The notes: generated by a model not told the origin, from the sequence alone. A stretch of 30,648 bases of DNA from a virus (IMGVR_UViG_3300016263_000533:1-30648), one strand, 5' to 3'; shown: positions 1-9,953, numbered from the stretch's first letter. Numbers and translations: made by a program.

Positions 1-3000
1 CGTCGTTCGCGACAGCCGCGGCCGCCTGCGTCTCGTTCCATGCAATCCTGGCGGCCTCGACTTCCTCGGGGGTGACCGTCGGGTTTTTGGGCTGTGGGGC
101 GGCAAGTTTTGGGGCCTCTGGTAAGCGTGCCAACACTTCGGGCGGCAAGGCAAGAGGGCTCTCTGGGTCGTTGACCATTTTTTCGATGACGTCAGCCACC
201 GACATTGGCGTCGCTTCACTGCGCAGCGGCATGACAACAGCACGAAATTCGCCGTTCCGCCTAATGAGTGCGGGGTATTCCGGCCTGTTGAAATGCAATG
301 TGTCGCCATCGGCCATGACCTTGGCCAGGTTGCTCTCCAAAAACCGAGCGGTCGCCCCGTCGGAGTAGGTGAAGATAATGACGCGGTCGCCGTCAGCGGG
401 GGCTACGCCTGCAAATTCGGCTGGTTCTATCCGCGTTTGCGCTGCTGCTGAGTCGACAACGTTTTGGAGGTTCGGCAGTTCTTGGCCCGTCATCGCCTTC
501 GGGGCCGCGTCTTTGGCCTGCGCGACGGTCTTGAACGTTGACTTCCACGACACGTTCGGGCCCGACAGTTTGTATTCGTACGTCGGTTGGCCCTTCTTGT
601 TTAGGCCAGTCTGAATCCGTTCAATGGTGTATGTGTCGCCGTTGATGTCGGCAGTGATGAATTTGTTGCCTTGCGCGTTAGTTTCTGTTTTCGGTGCAAA
701 TTCGCCCCAGGGCGAAACATAGACGCCGTCCTGACGAAAGGCGGCATTGAGTGGCGACGCAGGGTCAAGTTCCCCAACGACGTAACTGTCAGAAAAATAC
801 CGCTTGTTGTAGAGAGAGAAAACAAACAGTTTTCTTTGGTAACTCTCGTTTATCGCTTCCGTATTTGCCTTGACCGCGTCCCTACCTTTTGGCAATTCGA
901 ACGTCAGGTCGAGCGCGGCCCTGGACGCCGCTGCTTGAGTCTTTGTAATCTGCCCAGCTTCGACAGCATCGTCGAGAGCGGCAATGATGTTGTCTGGCGT
1001 CAACCCGCTGACTTGTGCCGGCTGCGGCTCCGCAACTGCGGCTTTGCCCGCACGCTCTTTCCGCAGGCGAGTCTGAAGTTCTTGAACCTTTGCGCGGGCC
1101 TCGTTCTCAACCTCGATAGCAGCCTTGCGTGCGGCGGCCGCAGCATCGACGTCGGCCTGCGCAGCCTCGAGCGCGGCAGTGCCGTCGTCCGTTTCAAGAA
1201 ACGCTTCAGGGTCCCCAGGAATGGATTCAACGTCTGCCGCGGCGGCCTCGAGGATCGGCGTCGGGTCTTCGCCAAGGTCTTCGAGTGCGTTGGCGGCATC
1301 GGCCTGGGCACCCTCCATCTCGTCAATCTGAGTCGTGGTGTCGTCAATCTCGGCTTCGAGTTCGGCAATCGACGCTTCAACCGCTGTCACGGCATTGTCA
1401 GCTTCTGTGACGATCTGCTCGACTTGTTCGACTGTGTGGACCTTGCCGTCAATGACGGTGGTCTGCGCCTGCTCGGCGCGCATACGCTCCAGTTCGGCGG
1501 CGGCGGCCGCGCGCTTCTCTTTCAACTTCTCAATTAGCCCTGGGACGTAGGTCGCGCCGGCAGGGTACGTTCCGTCTTCGCCAGGCAGCAGGCGATTGCC
1601 GTCGGCATCGGTGTAGTAACCCTCCAGGGCCTCGATGCGCAGCGACGCTTTGATGATTTTGAACTCGAGGTTGCGGATCGACATTTCGATCTGCACGATC
1701 TTCTCGCCAATCTGACGTGACCGTCCGCGCAGACGCTCGAGTTGCTTGATGCTGTTGCGCAGGTAACGCTCAGGCATACGACTAAACGCGCCAGGGGCGT
1801 TGATGCTGTCGTAAAACTCCTCGGGCTGGAGGCCGGTCGTCGGGCCTTCGTCCATTGGCGTTGGGCGGCCCCCCGGATACCCAGCACCAGGAGGCGCGCC
1901 ACCAGCGGTTGCCGCTGCCTGGGCCTTGAGGGCTTCGCGGATGCGCTTGTAGAACGCGACGTTGTTGCGTTCCTTCGGCGGATAGACCGCCGGATCGAGA
2001 GCCACATCGTCTGGAGCCTGCTCCAAGACAAGTTGCAGGTGCATGAGGGCGTCTTGTGCGGCAGGTGTCTCAAACCGTCCGGCAAGCAGTTCATCGAAGA
2101 AGCCCTGCGCAACAAGTTCGTCGAGCGCGTCTGCTTGGTCAATCGCCCCTTCTTGACGCAGGCGGGCAGACAACCTGACGGGCTCAGGCACGGGGATGTC
2201 GTACATCGGCTCCAACGCTCGACGACGGCCATAACCTTCGCGTGCCAACTGTGTGGTTGACTCCAATTCGCGACTCAACCGTTCTACTGCGTCAGCGAGA
2301 CGCTGGCCAGTCACATCGTCGACGTTGCGGTTGAGGAAGTCGACGGCCAACTGCGCGCCTTCTGGCGTGAGGCCAGCACCGGGGGCGTAGCGGTAGCGGC
2401 CCCGTTCGGCAATTTGTGCGGCTGTCCGGTTTAGTCGCGGCATCAACTCGTTGATGAGGCGAGCGCGGCCATTCAGGATTGCAATGACCGCCTGGTTCTC
2501 AACCGGTGTCAGCGGGCCGTAGGCCTCGCCAGTCGCAGGGTTGATCTCGTCGCGGTACAGCGGGCGATCCTGAATGCCGAGCATCGCCTGGCGGACAGCA
2601 TCGTCGGCGGTGGAGGCGGCGCGCAGAACACGGTTGTTCATTTTACGCAGGGCCTTGTTTGTTAGCGTCCTGGCAACGCCGTCAACAAACAGTTCTTTGC
2701 CAAAGTAACTGTCAAGTTTGTCGGCTCTGCGCCGCTTTTCGGACACTTCTGGGTTGATGGGGTCGGCAGCTTCAACGGCCGCAGCCTGGTTGCGCAAGCG
2801 GTTCGCGTTCCAACGGCCGAAGCGTCCCGATACGTTGACGCCCTTGCCGATCAGCCCCGCCGGCAACGTAATGGGCGCATCCGAAACAACGTCCGCGATG
2901 CGCGCAAGCCGGAATGCTTGCTTGGCTCCGGCTTCGGCAGCGGCCGACACCGACGCAGATTTGGAAACAGCAGAGACACCCTTGAGAGTTGCGCCGGCAC

Positions 3001-3514
3001 CAGCAGCCACGATGGCAACGTTGCCGAGGTCTTCAAGCACGTATGGAAGCGGCGTTTCGCCCCGCTTCAACGATTCATAAGCCAGTTTCGAGTTTTGACC
3101 GCGCAACGTATTGAACACGCCGGTCGCCAGCGTTTGACCGGTCTTGCTGCCAACAATGGGGATGTACGAAAGTGCCTGTTCGTACCACGGCTTGCCTTTG
3201 CGATCCATCGGCTGGGTCAGGCCAACCAGCAGGCCAGCCATTGCCCCTGGCGCAGCCAGAGCCATCTGGCCCATAACGGGCAGCGTTTCTTTGGCCGCGC
3301 TGCTGACGTCGGACAACGTCAATTCCTCGTCGGCTTTCTTCTTGCGGGCTTTTGTCTCGATGGCCTCCGGCGCGGCAATGGTTGACGTGACAGGTTTGAG
3401 TGTCCCGCCTGGCTTGGGCGGCGGGGGTGGCTTGGGTCGGCCGCCGGGGGCTGGGGGCAGCAGTGCGCCGCCCCGCGGGCCGGGGGTGGTTACCGGCGGC
3501 TCGTACTTAGCCAT
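1..3514 (-). CDS. Giant putative ejection/internal virion (polyvalent-type) protein, >1170 aa, truncated at left window edge
   Basis: Not in the ORF track because there is no stop in the window. ATG at 3514 overlaps the upstream stop (TAATG). Manual translation MAKYEPPVTTPGPRGG... stays open to base 1. Pro-rich N-terminus, coiled-coil/acidic middle. Last and largest gene of the post-tail cluster, as in podovirus ejection modules. Confidence 0.85.
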   Translation of the reverse strand, partial: MAKYEPPVTTPGPRGGALLPPAPGGRPKPPPPPKPGGTLKPVTSTIAAPEAIETKARKKKADEELTLSDVSSAAKETLPVMGQMALAAPGAMAGLLVGLTQPMDRKGKPWYEQALSYIPIVGSKTGQTLATGVFNTLRGQNSKLAYESLKRGETPLPYVLEDLGNVAIVAAGAGATLKGVSAVSKSASVSAAAEAGAKQAFRLARIADVVSDAPITLPAGLIGKGVNVSGRFGRWNANRLRNQAAAVEAADPINPEVSEKRRRADKLDSYFGKELFVDGVARTLTNKALRKMNNRVLRAASTADDAVRQAMLGIQDRPLYRDEINPATGEAYGPLTPVENQAVIAILNGRARLINELMPRLNRTAAQIAERGRYRYAPGAGLTPEGAQLAVDFLNRNVDDVTGQRLADAVERLSRELESTTQLAREGYGRRRALEPMYDIPVPEPVRLSARLRQEGAIDQADALDELVAQGFFDELLAGRFETPAAQDALMHLQLVLEQAPDDVALDPAVYPPKERNNVAFYKRIREALKAQAAATAGGAPPGAGYPGGRPTPMDEGPTTGLQPEEFYDSINAPGAFSRMPERYLRNSIKQLERLRGRSRQIGEKIVQIEMSIRNLEFKIIKASLRIEALEGYYTDADGNRLLPGEDGTYPAGATYVPGLIEKLKEKRAAAAAELERMRAEQAQTTVIDGKVHTVEQVEQIVTEADNAVTAVEASIAELEAEIDDTTTQIDEMEGAQADAANALEDLGEDPTPILEAAAADVESIPGDPEAFLETDDGTAALEAAQADVDAAAAARKAAIEVENEARAKVQELQTRLRKERAGKAAVAEPQPAQVSGLTPDNIIAALDDAVEAGQITKTQAAASRAALDLTFELPKGRDAVKANTEAINESYQRKLFVFSLYNKRYFSDSYVVGELDPASPLNAAFRQDGVYVSPWGEFAPKTETNAQGNKFITADINGDTYTIERIQTGLNKKGQPTYEYKLSGPNVSWKSTFKTVAQAKDAAPKAMTGQELPNLQNVVDSAAAQTRIEPAEFAGVAPADGDRVIIFTYSDGATARFLESNLAKVMADGDTLHFNRPEYPALIRRNGEFRAVVMPLRSEATPMSVADVIEKMVNDPESPLALPPEVLARLPEAPKLAAPQPKNPTVTPEEVEAARIAWNETQAAAAVAND

Positions 3515-4650
3515 TAGCCAAGTATGTCAGATGCAGTCTGGTATTGGTAGAGCCCGCGACCAGTCTTGCCGACCTGGCGCACAAGTGAGTCAACGTATGT
3601 CGCCAACAATCGACCGAGCATTCGCGTTTGTGGATCGCTGCTAAACGACAGTGCGTCGGCATCGGCAAACGCAGCACCCACGTCGTCGGCCTGAACCGCG
3701 GCAAACGCTTCATTTGCCAGGTCTTGGAATGTCAACGTGCCGCGGTCTTTCAACTGAACCGAGGTAGACAACAGGTTGTAGCCCTGCTCTGGGGTGACTT
3801 GGGCCGCGCTGAACAACTTGGCCGCGTTCATGTTCAACTGATCCGACGCCAACTGGTTGTAGTACAGGTCGCGGACCTCTTGGCTGTACTCCGACGCAGC
3901 GTACAACTGCCCTGGGTCCTGCGTGCGCTTGGCTTCAGCGATGAAGTCGGTGAGGTCGCGCTGCTCGCGCTCTTGCTGCGCCATGGCGTCCTCGTAGCCG
4001 TAGCCTTGGCCAGTCTCGTAGTAATACTGGTCGCGCAACGCCTTTTGCGACTCGATGTCGTATTCCGTGCCGTACATACCGGCGGCCAGTGCGGGGTTGA
4101 CACCGTACTTGCGGGTGGCGATCGCCTGGGCCAACTGGGATGTCGGGGTGGACTCGATCTGTTCGGCGAGAACGTCGCCCTGGGCCAATTCGGCCATGCG
4201 CCGTTTGCCGTAGGCCTCCGTCTCTTGCGTCATGGGCGCATAGGGCATCGTGTAGGCCTTGCCGAGCCGCTCGGCGGTGCTGGCAACCTGGCTGCTCAAT
4301 GCCCCCTGCAACTGGCCACGCTGCTTGGATGCCAATTCGCGCAGGCTGGACGCGTAGTCGAGCAACTCCTGGTTCCGGGACATTGTCTCACCGCGGATTG
4401 CCTTATCCAGATCGCTGGCCGTGTAGAAGCCGCCGTACTTGCCCTCCGGCGACAGACCCATCGTGCTCGTCAGTGGCGCGGTCGTCAGACCTGCCTGGCT
4501 CATGAAGTCGCCGTACGAAGGTGCGGGCATGAGCTTCTGCATCATGGCCTGACCCATGGCGGTGTCAGTCGGCTTGGGTTGCGGCGGCGGCTCGACGCCG
4601 GTCGCGGCCTTGAGCAACGGGCCCTTTTCGCCTACGCGGTAGATCGCCAT
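3514..4650 (-). CDS. Putative ejection/internal virion protein (378 aa)
   Basis: Ala/Gln/Tyr-rich helical ORF, TAATG-coupled on both sides, in the ejection-gene position. Confidence 0.7.
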   Translation of the reverse strand: MAIYRVGEKGPLLKAATGVEPPPQPKPTDTAMGQAMMQKLMPAPSYGDFMSQAGLTTAPLTSTMGLSPEGKYGGFYTASDLDKAIRGETMSRNQELLDYASSLRELASKQRGQLQGALSSQVASTAERLGKAYTMPYAPMTQETEAYGKRRMAELAQGDVLAEQIESTPTSQLAQAIATRKYGVNPALAAGMYGTEYDIESQKALRDQYYYETGQGYGYEDAMAQQEREQRDLTDFIAEAKRTQDPGQLYAASEYSQEVRDLYYNQLASDQLNMNAAKLFSAAQVTPEQGYNLLSTSVQLKDRGTLTFQDLANEAFAAVQADDVGAAFADADALSFSSDPQTRMLGRLLATYVDSLVRQVGKTGRGLYQYQTASDILG

Positions 4651-5177
4651 TACATCTCCGTCATTTTGTTGCGCGAATAACGCCGCTGGGCCAGTGTCCG
4701 GGTCGCGGGCTGGGTCGGAGTTACAACACGTTGCGGCATGGCACCGTACGGGCTCGTCACGTATGCCGGGCCCATCTTGCCGCGAACGTCAGTGCTGGTC
4801 ATCGGCAAGTAGAACTGTGGCGGCAGCAGTCCCTGCATCGGGTAGTTGCCGGCGGACATCATCATGCCGGTCCCGCCGCCGCCTCCGCCGCTGGCCGCCT
4901 TTTTCTTTTCGGCTGTTTCGTAGGCACGTCGAGCGTTGACGTATCCCGGCAGTTTCGACGCTAGGGCTTCGTAGTAAGCGGCCATTGTGCTGGCCTTGTC
5001 GCCACCAGTAAACAACTGGTTCTGTAGCACGTTGGCCCCAGACCTCATGCCCGACTGGACCTCGATGTCGCGCAACATTGGGTCAAGCCCAGAACGGATG
5101 GCCTCGGCTTCACTACCGTAGCCCTCCATTACGGATTGCGCGCCTCGAGCGGTACGACTGACGTTGTAAGCAACCAT
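4650..5177 (-). CDS. Putative small ejection/internal virion protein (175 aa)
   Basis: Coupled to neighbours; low-complexity Gly run (SGGGGGGTG); function from synteny only. Confidence 0.6.
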   Translation of the reverse strand: MVAYNVSRTARGAQSVMEGYGSEAEAIRSGLDPMLRDIEVQSGMRSGANVLQNQLFTGGDKASTMAAYYEALASKLPGYVNARRAYETAEKKKAASGGGGGGTGMMMSAGNYPMQGLLPPQFYLPMTSTDVRGKMGPAYVTSPYGAMPQRVVTPTQPATRTLAQRRYSRNKMTEM

Positions 5178-5995
5178 TAGCGAGTCTTTACGGGGGTCGG
5201 TTTGCGGACGGGGACTGGTGCGGGCTTCGGCGGGGGTGGTGGCGGCGTGGGCTTAGGCGGGGTCGGCGGCTTAGGCGGCGTAGCAGGCTTGGGGGGAGTC
5301 GCCGGTCGAGGTGGCGGCGGTGGGGCCGCAGCCTGCTGACCGAGAGCCATGTAGGCCGCAGCAGCGAATGGGTTCGTCGTGCCCGGCGTGATTGTCGGCA
5401 GCGGACGTGCCGTAACCCCAGTAGCTGCGGCTTTGTTTTCTGGTTGCCCCAATGCCGCTGCTGCGGCGGCTGTTTCAGGCGAACGCTCAGAGGCTGGCAA
5501 CGACATCGAAGGCGGCGTTGTGGATGATGGCGTCGTGTCGGTCACGCGAGGGAGGGGTGTGACTGGAGCGACGGCCTGCGTCTGGGTGCCGTACTTGGCT
5601 TCGAGGTCTGCAATGTCGAACGCCAACTGCGCGCCGAGCGCGCCTTTCTTTGACGCCATCGCGTTGTAGTAGTCGAGCACCGACTGCTGGTAGTCAGATG
5701 CCATGCGCCCGCGGCTAGTTGCCGCCTGGCCGGAGCGCAGCAGGCCGCGCGACTCGAGGCCGCCTTCCAGGCCTTCGCGATTCCGCTGGTAGGCCAGGTC
5801 AAGTTCGCCGTACTGGGGCGTGCCACCTTCGGCTGCGACCTGAGCGGGGGACTTGTAAACGTCCCGGCCGTCGGCCTTGCTGACAGTTCCACCGGCCTTA
5901 CGCCTGAACTCACTATCGGCAACGCCAACGTCAGCGGTGTAGCGCGCCTGAGCCAGTTCTTTCAGGGTCTTGAGGTAGTCGGTGGAGACAGCCAC
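5177..5995 (-). CDS. Putative ejection protein with Pro/Lys-rich C-terminal tail (272 aa)
   Basis: SRGLLRSG motif reminiscent of podoviral internal virion proteins; C-terminal PPKP repeats; GTG start overlaps the upstream TAG. Confidence 0.65.
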   Translation of the reverse strand: MAVSTDYLKTLKELAQARYTADVGVADSEFRRKAGGTVSKADGRDVYKSPAQVAAEGGTPQYGELDLAYQRNREGLEGGLESRGLLRSGQAATSRGRMASDYQQSVLDYYNAMASKKGALGAQLAFDIADLEAKYGTQTQAVAPVTPLPRVTDTTPSSTTPPSMSLPASERSPETAAAAAALGQPENKAAATGVTARPLPTITPGTTNPFAAAAYMALGQQAAAPPPPPRPATPPKPATPPKPPTPPKPTPPPPPPKPAPVPVRKPTPVKTR

Positions 5996-6252
5996 TACGC
6001 GGACTTCCGGGTGCGCACAACCTTGGGTTTTGCAGCAGAGTCAAGTCGACGGACGTCGGACTTCAGGTCGCGCACGTCAGCCTTGACGTCGATCATGTCG
6101 CCCTTCACGTCTTTCACGTCGTTCTTGACCTCTTGGATAACCGCCATCGACTGGCCGTGCTGCTGTGTGTTCCGCTTATCCAAGCGATACAGCAGCCACA
6201 TTACAGGACCACCGACGATGGCGACAACGATTGCCGTCCAGTCAAAGCTCAT
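5995..6252 (-). CDS. Lysis-cassette membrane protein: one N-terminal TM helix plus VKxD heptad coiled coil (85 aa)
   Basis: Start moved to ATG 6252 (ATGA overlap with endolysin stop). MSFDWTAIVVAIVGGPVMWLL then VKNDVKDVKGDMIDVKADVRDLKSDVRRL. Confidence 0.75.
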   Translation of the reverse strand: MSFDWTAIVVAIVGGPVMWLLYRLDKRNTQQHGQSMAVIQEVKNDVKDVKGDMIDVKADVRDLKSDVRRLDSAAKPKVVRTRKSA

Positions 6253-6848
6253 TCGGGTGCGCTCCATTGCCAGTGCCACCATTCGTGTTCAGGGTTTGGT
6301 TGGCCGTTGTCGAGGAACGGGAGGCTCTGCAACGTGAACCCGTAGGTGGGGGCGTTCTTGCACAACCACTTCAGGGCCCGCTCAGTCAGCGGTTTGGTGC
6401 CGTCCTTGGTCTTCGAGCCGAGGTCGATGGCGACGCCCCACTGGTGGGGGCTGCCACGGTCCGGGCTGGCCGACGGGGCCATGCCAGGCTTCAGGTACCA
6501 GGTTGCGCCCTGCCAGGTGCGGGTGATCTGGGGCTTGCGGCCCTCGTCCTGCTTCGAGTATCGCTGAAGGAACAGCGTCTCGACCTCTTTAGGGCTGCGG
6601 TATGCGCCGAGGTTGACGAACTGGATTTCTTCGGCCTTGGCCGCCTCGATCATGTTCTCGAAGTAGATGTTGCATTCTTTCCACAGCAGACCGCCAATGG
6701 GGGTCTTGACAAGGAAATGCTCGGGGAGCCCGCTCTGCTTGTACTTCTCGAACCCGTCGGGGATGACTAGGGCGGCCGCGGGGATGCCCTTGTTCTTGCC
6801 GACGGCGAGACGGAGACGGCGGGAAAGCGGCTGCTTACCCGTTGCCAT
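6249..6848 (-). CDS. Endolysin, peptidase M15 (VanY / D-Ala-D-Ala carboxypeptidase-like)
   Basis: Motifs AYRS, SPHQWGVAID (SxHxxGxAxD) and HEWWHW. Start moved to ATG 6848 (MATGKQP), overlapping the holin end. Confidence 0.85.
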   Translation of the reverse strand: MATGKQPLSRRLRLAVGKNKGIPAAALVIPDGFEKYKQSGLPEHFLVKTPIGGLLWKECNIYFENMIEAAKAEEIQFVNLGAYRSPKEVETLFLQRYSKQDEGRKPQITRTWQGATWYLKPGMAPSASPDRGSPHQWGVAIDLGSKTKDGTKPLTERALKWLCKNAPTYGFTLQSLPFLDNGQPNPEHEWWHWQWSAPE

Positions 6849-7038
6849 TCGCGCCCCGTCCGAAAGCCTGGTCCTTCGGGTTGAGGTAGCGCATGACCAC
6901 CGGCAGCGCGGCAGCCCACAGGGCGTTGAGCGCGGCCTTCCAGTCCTGGCCGGAGGCGATGTACGAGGCGACGCCCGCACCCACGACCGAACGGGCGTAT
7001 GAGGCGATGATGGCCTTATTCGCTGCTGTCAGTTTCAT
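6835..7038 (-). CDS. Holin (67 aa)
   Basis: Two hydrophobic segments, C-terminal RYLNPKDQAFGRG, AGGAGG RBS, immediately upstream of the endolysin. Confidence 0.75.
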   Translation of the reverse strand: MKLTAANKAIIASYARSVVGAGVASYIASGQDWKAALNALWAAALPVVMRYLNPKDQAFGRGANGNG

Positions 7039-7303
7039 TCTTTTTCCTCCTGGCTGCTGACCCCGTGCCGATCATGACGCCGGACAGGGCACCTGTCAGG
7101 AAACTGATCGTTGGGGTGAGAATCTTGAAAAATTCAGCGTCGTTGGGGGCTTGCTCCATTGGCTGACTGACCCAGATGAGACTGTACAGAATTGTGAGAA
7201 CAGAGGCCACCAGGCAGGCGGCAAGGGTCAGGCCGATGTAGAACCGCAAGCGGGCATCGAGCTCCTCGCTCGACATACGGGTGCCGTCTCTGCGCTTTAG
7301 CAT
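7016..7303 (-). CDS. Two-TM membrane protein (QAPNDAEFFK loop) in lysis region
   Basis: Two clear TM segments and a basic C-terminus. Start uncertain (MLKRRDG near 7303 or MSSEEL downstream). Confidence 0.7.
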   Translation of the reverse strand: MLKRRDGTRMSSEELDARLRFYIGLTLAACLVASVLTILYSLIWVSQPMEQAPNDAEFFKILTPTISFLTGALSGVMIGTGSAARRKKNETDSSE

Positions 7304-7506
7304 TTTTGCGCAACGGCGGGCACGGTAGACGGCCCGAAGTAGATAGTCGAAGACGGGACCCAACCGAGGGCCTTATTCTTCGTGCGGTAGACGGTCGTGG
7401 GAGTAACCGGTCGGACCACGCCACAGGGGTCGCGGAAGCGGTCCGAGCAGGCCGTCAGCAGGGGCACCATCACGATGAGGCCCGCGACAAGCAGTTTGAG
7501 AACCAT
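7297..7506 (-). CDS. Small lipoprotein (69 aa)
   Basis: Signal peptide with lipobox LTA-C (MVLKLLVAGLIVMVPLLTAC). ATG 7506 lies 6 nt from a CACGAT -10-like hexamer. Confidence 0.7.
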   Translation of the reverse strand: MVLKLLVAGLIVMVPLLTACSDRFRDPCGVVRPVTPTTVYRTKNKALGWVPSSTIYFGPSTVPAVAQKC

Positions 7507-7545
7507 AACGCCATCGTGGCACAACGGAGACGGCGTTTCTAGGGG

Positions 7546-8322
7546 TCACGGGATTGCAAGCCAGTTGATTCGTATCAACGTGCTGGAGGTATCACTTGCC
7601 CTAATTTGGAAGAAACTGTTACTCCAGGAATGCACACCCACAAAACAGTTTCGCGACGCAGTATCTCCATTGGAAACAACGACTGTTGAAGGTGACGACC
7701 CGAATGGTGTCGGAAAAGAAATGACCGCCAGATTGGTTGCGCCGCCAGATGTGGAAACTACCGATGAACCGTATTGCCAACCAGACGTACCTGACGCGCC
7801 GGTCGCGCCCTGCGGACCAGTGGGCCCCTGTGGACCAGCAGACCCTTGCGGCCCCTGTGCCCCGGCTGCTCCTTGAGCTCCAGCTGGGCCCTGCGAACCC
7901 TGGGGCCCCTGGGGCCCTTGGGCTCCTTGTGCGCCTTGCGGCCCTTGCGGTCCAGTAGGCACCGATGACGAAATAGTGACGATGCCAGAGGCTCGGTTGA
8001 TGCTGATATTCGACCCAGCAACAATGCCGTTGACGATGTTGGTGTTGAGGAAGTCCTCGAGCTCGCGGTCACGGATTGTCATGTCGTCAATGACGTCCTC
8101 TAGGGGCTTCTTCTCGCCCAAACGGCCCAAATTGCCAGAGATGTCATCCCATCGAATCGGGAACTCGAAGCCGATCATGCTGTTGCGCTCCTGCGCATTG
8201 GCTGACTGGCCGGAGCCCTGGCCGACGCCAAGCGCGGTCAAGCTAGAGACAGTTTCGGCTGGCCCAACACCTGACGCCCCATAGATTGTCTGGTCGGCAC
8301 CGGCGTTGAATCGCTCGGTCAC
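7546..8322 (-). CDS. Short tail fibre: collagen-like stalk with C-terminal beta-sandwich (H-type lectin/gp53-like) tip
   Basis: About 18 G-X-Y triplets, then [17 protein letters not shown]...INWLAIP. Confidence 0.75.
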   Translation of the reverse strand: MTERFNAGADQTIYGASGVGPAETVSSLTALGVGQGSGQSANAQERNSMIGFEFPIRWDDISGNLGRLGEKKPLEDVIDDMTIRDRELEDFLNTNIVNGIVAGSNISINRASGIVTISSSVPTGPQGPQGAQGAQGPQGPQGSQGPAGAQGAAGAQGPQGSAGPQGPTGPQGATGASGTSGWQYGSSVVSTSGGATNLAVISFPTPFGSSPSTVVVSNGDTASRNCFVGVHSWSNSFFQIRASDTSSTLIRINWLAIP

Positions 8323-9953
8323 ATGGACTCCTTCAGGACTGCCATGACGCGCCGCACCTTCATCCCCGAGAAATTGACTTGGACTTCAAAGCCGTAGCCG
8401 TAGCCAGGGTTGTCGGGCCGGAAACGGAAGACGCGGCCCATGAAGCGGGTGCCCGTGCCAGGGATGCTGGAGCCCGCATAGTCCCCTGCGTTCATCAGCG
8501 TAGAGGAGACGTTGCCGACAGAGAATGCAAGGTCTGCTGGCGGGTACTTCATGTTGATCTGGCAGGAGATGGCCCCATCGCCTCCGTATGCGTATGCGCC
8601 ATACAGGTCTACTAATTCGACCTCGACGTAGACGTCCGTGCAGGTGATGGGTACTTGGCTCATGTAATCGGCCAGCAGAAGAGTCGCCGTCTGCGGGTTG
8701 CCTGCCGAATCGGTGCCAGGTTCAAATGTCGGGATTTTCACGGTATGGATCGCGACCTTTTTGTCGGTCGAGTTGTGCTCCATGATCCGGATCGACGGGT
8801 CGGACCAGTAGGCGGTTCTTGACTGAGTAACACTTGTGGGGTAGTAGTAGACGGTGTCGCCAGTGCCGGCGGCCGTGCCGTTGTCAATGTTGATGCGCGC
8901 CCAGCGGCCCTGTTGGTTCAGGTAGTAGAGCTGGCCGTTGACGTCGGTGTCGTCGTCGTTGGTGAACGCGACCTGCAGCACCCCGAGCGGACCCTTGGCC
9001 AGGTTGACGTTCTGGATGTTGCCTGCGAACCGCTGGTACATCATGGGCTGTACGCGCGCGCCGTTGACGGTGTAGAGGTTGACGGGGAAGCCAAGGGTGC
9101 CGGTGTCGGTGTTGTAGACGACCTGGTTGTTGTATTCGGCGACGCCGTCAGAGGCCAAGATGCCCATGCCGTTGTTGATCTGCCGGACAGCAGCGGAGTA
9201 GTTGAGGACGCCCGTGACGACATACCAGCCCGAGGGCTTGCCGACGAGAAGGTCGTAATTGCGTGGAACGCAAACTGAGATGCGGTCTTCGTTGTAGCCG
9301 ACGACAATGTAGTTCGTGGCTGCCCAGGTGCCGAAACTATCAGCATTGGAGAAGTAGAGATAACTGGTGTTTGACCAGCCGATCAGGCGCGCGCCCCAGA
9401 CAGCCAAGCCGTAAAGCCGGTCGTCCGATGTCGCGGTCATAAGCGATGAGAGCGAGATGGTTGTTGGCGAACCACCGAGGTTTGCCCCCGCGCTGTCAAG
9501 TTTGTATTTGTGGATTTGACGGTAGTCGCCAGGGATGAAGACGTCGACATAGTCATTCTTGGCGTCGCCGATTACCATTACCGGCCGCAAACATAGGAAC
9601 GCCGTGACCGTGCTTGACCCGCTAACGGAGATCGTGTGGCGCACCACGGCGTTGGAACCGGTGACCACATACAGGTAGGCGGCAGAGGCGGTCTTGGCGA
9701 CAAAACAGATGATCCCGTTGAGCTGCGCGGGCGGGCCCACGGCCGTCCAGTTGGCGTTAGTAATGACACCCGAGGTCACGTCCGTGCCGGTCAGGAGGGC
9801 CACCACAGGGTCATACGACGGCACCAGGGTTGCGTCGTCCATCGCAACCGTCACGTTGCTGCCAGTGAACGTGTTGCGGGGCTGCTTGGTGGCCGACGGG
9901 CCGACGTAATACCCGCCGGTGAAGTCGTCCCATTCAACGACGCGGGTCGCCAT
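8319..9953 (-). CDS. Tail nozzle / tubular protein B-like (P22 gp10/T7 gp12 analogue), 544 aa
   Basis: Begins VEWDDFTGG; beta-propeller-like content ([12 protein letters not shown]); follows the adaptor gene. Confidence 0.7.
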   Translation of the reverse strand: MATRVVEWDDFTGGYYVGPSATKQPRNTFTGSNVTVAMDDATLVPSYDPVVALLTGTDVTSGVITNANWTAVGPPAQLNGIICFVAKTASAAYLYVVTGSNAVVRHTISVSGSSTVTAFLCLRPVMVIGDAKNDYVDVFIPGDYRQIHKYKLDSAGANLGGSPTTISLSSLMTATSDDRLYGLAVWGARLIGWSNTSYLYFSNADSFGTWAATNYIVVGYNEDRISVCVPRNYDLLVGKPSGWYVVTGVLNYSAAVRQINNGMGILASDGVAEYNNQVVYNTDTGTLGFPVNLYTVNGARVQPMMYQRFAGNIQNVNLAKGPLGVLQVAFTNDDDTDVNGQLYYLNQQGRWARINIDNGTAAGTGDTVYYYPTSVTQSRTAYWSDPSIRIMEHNSTDKKVAIHTVKIPTFEPGTDSAGNPQTATLLLADYMSQVPITCTDVYVEVELVDLYGAYAYGGDGAISCQINMKYPPADLAFSVGNVSSTLMNAGDYAGSSIPGTGTRFMGRVFRFRPDNPGYGYGFEVQVNFSGMKVRRVMAVLKESM

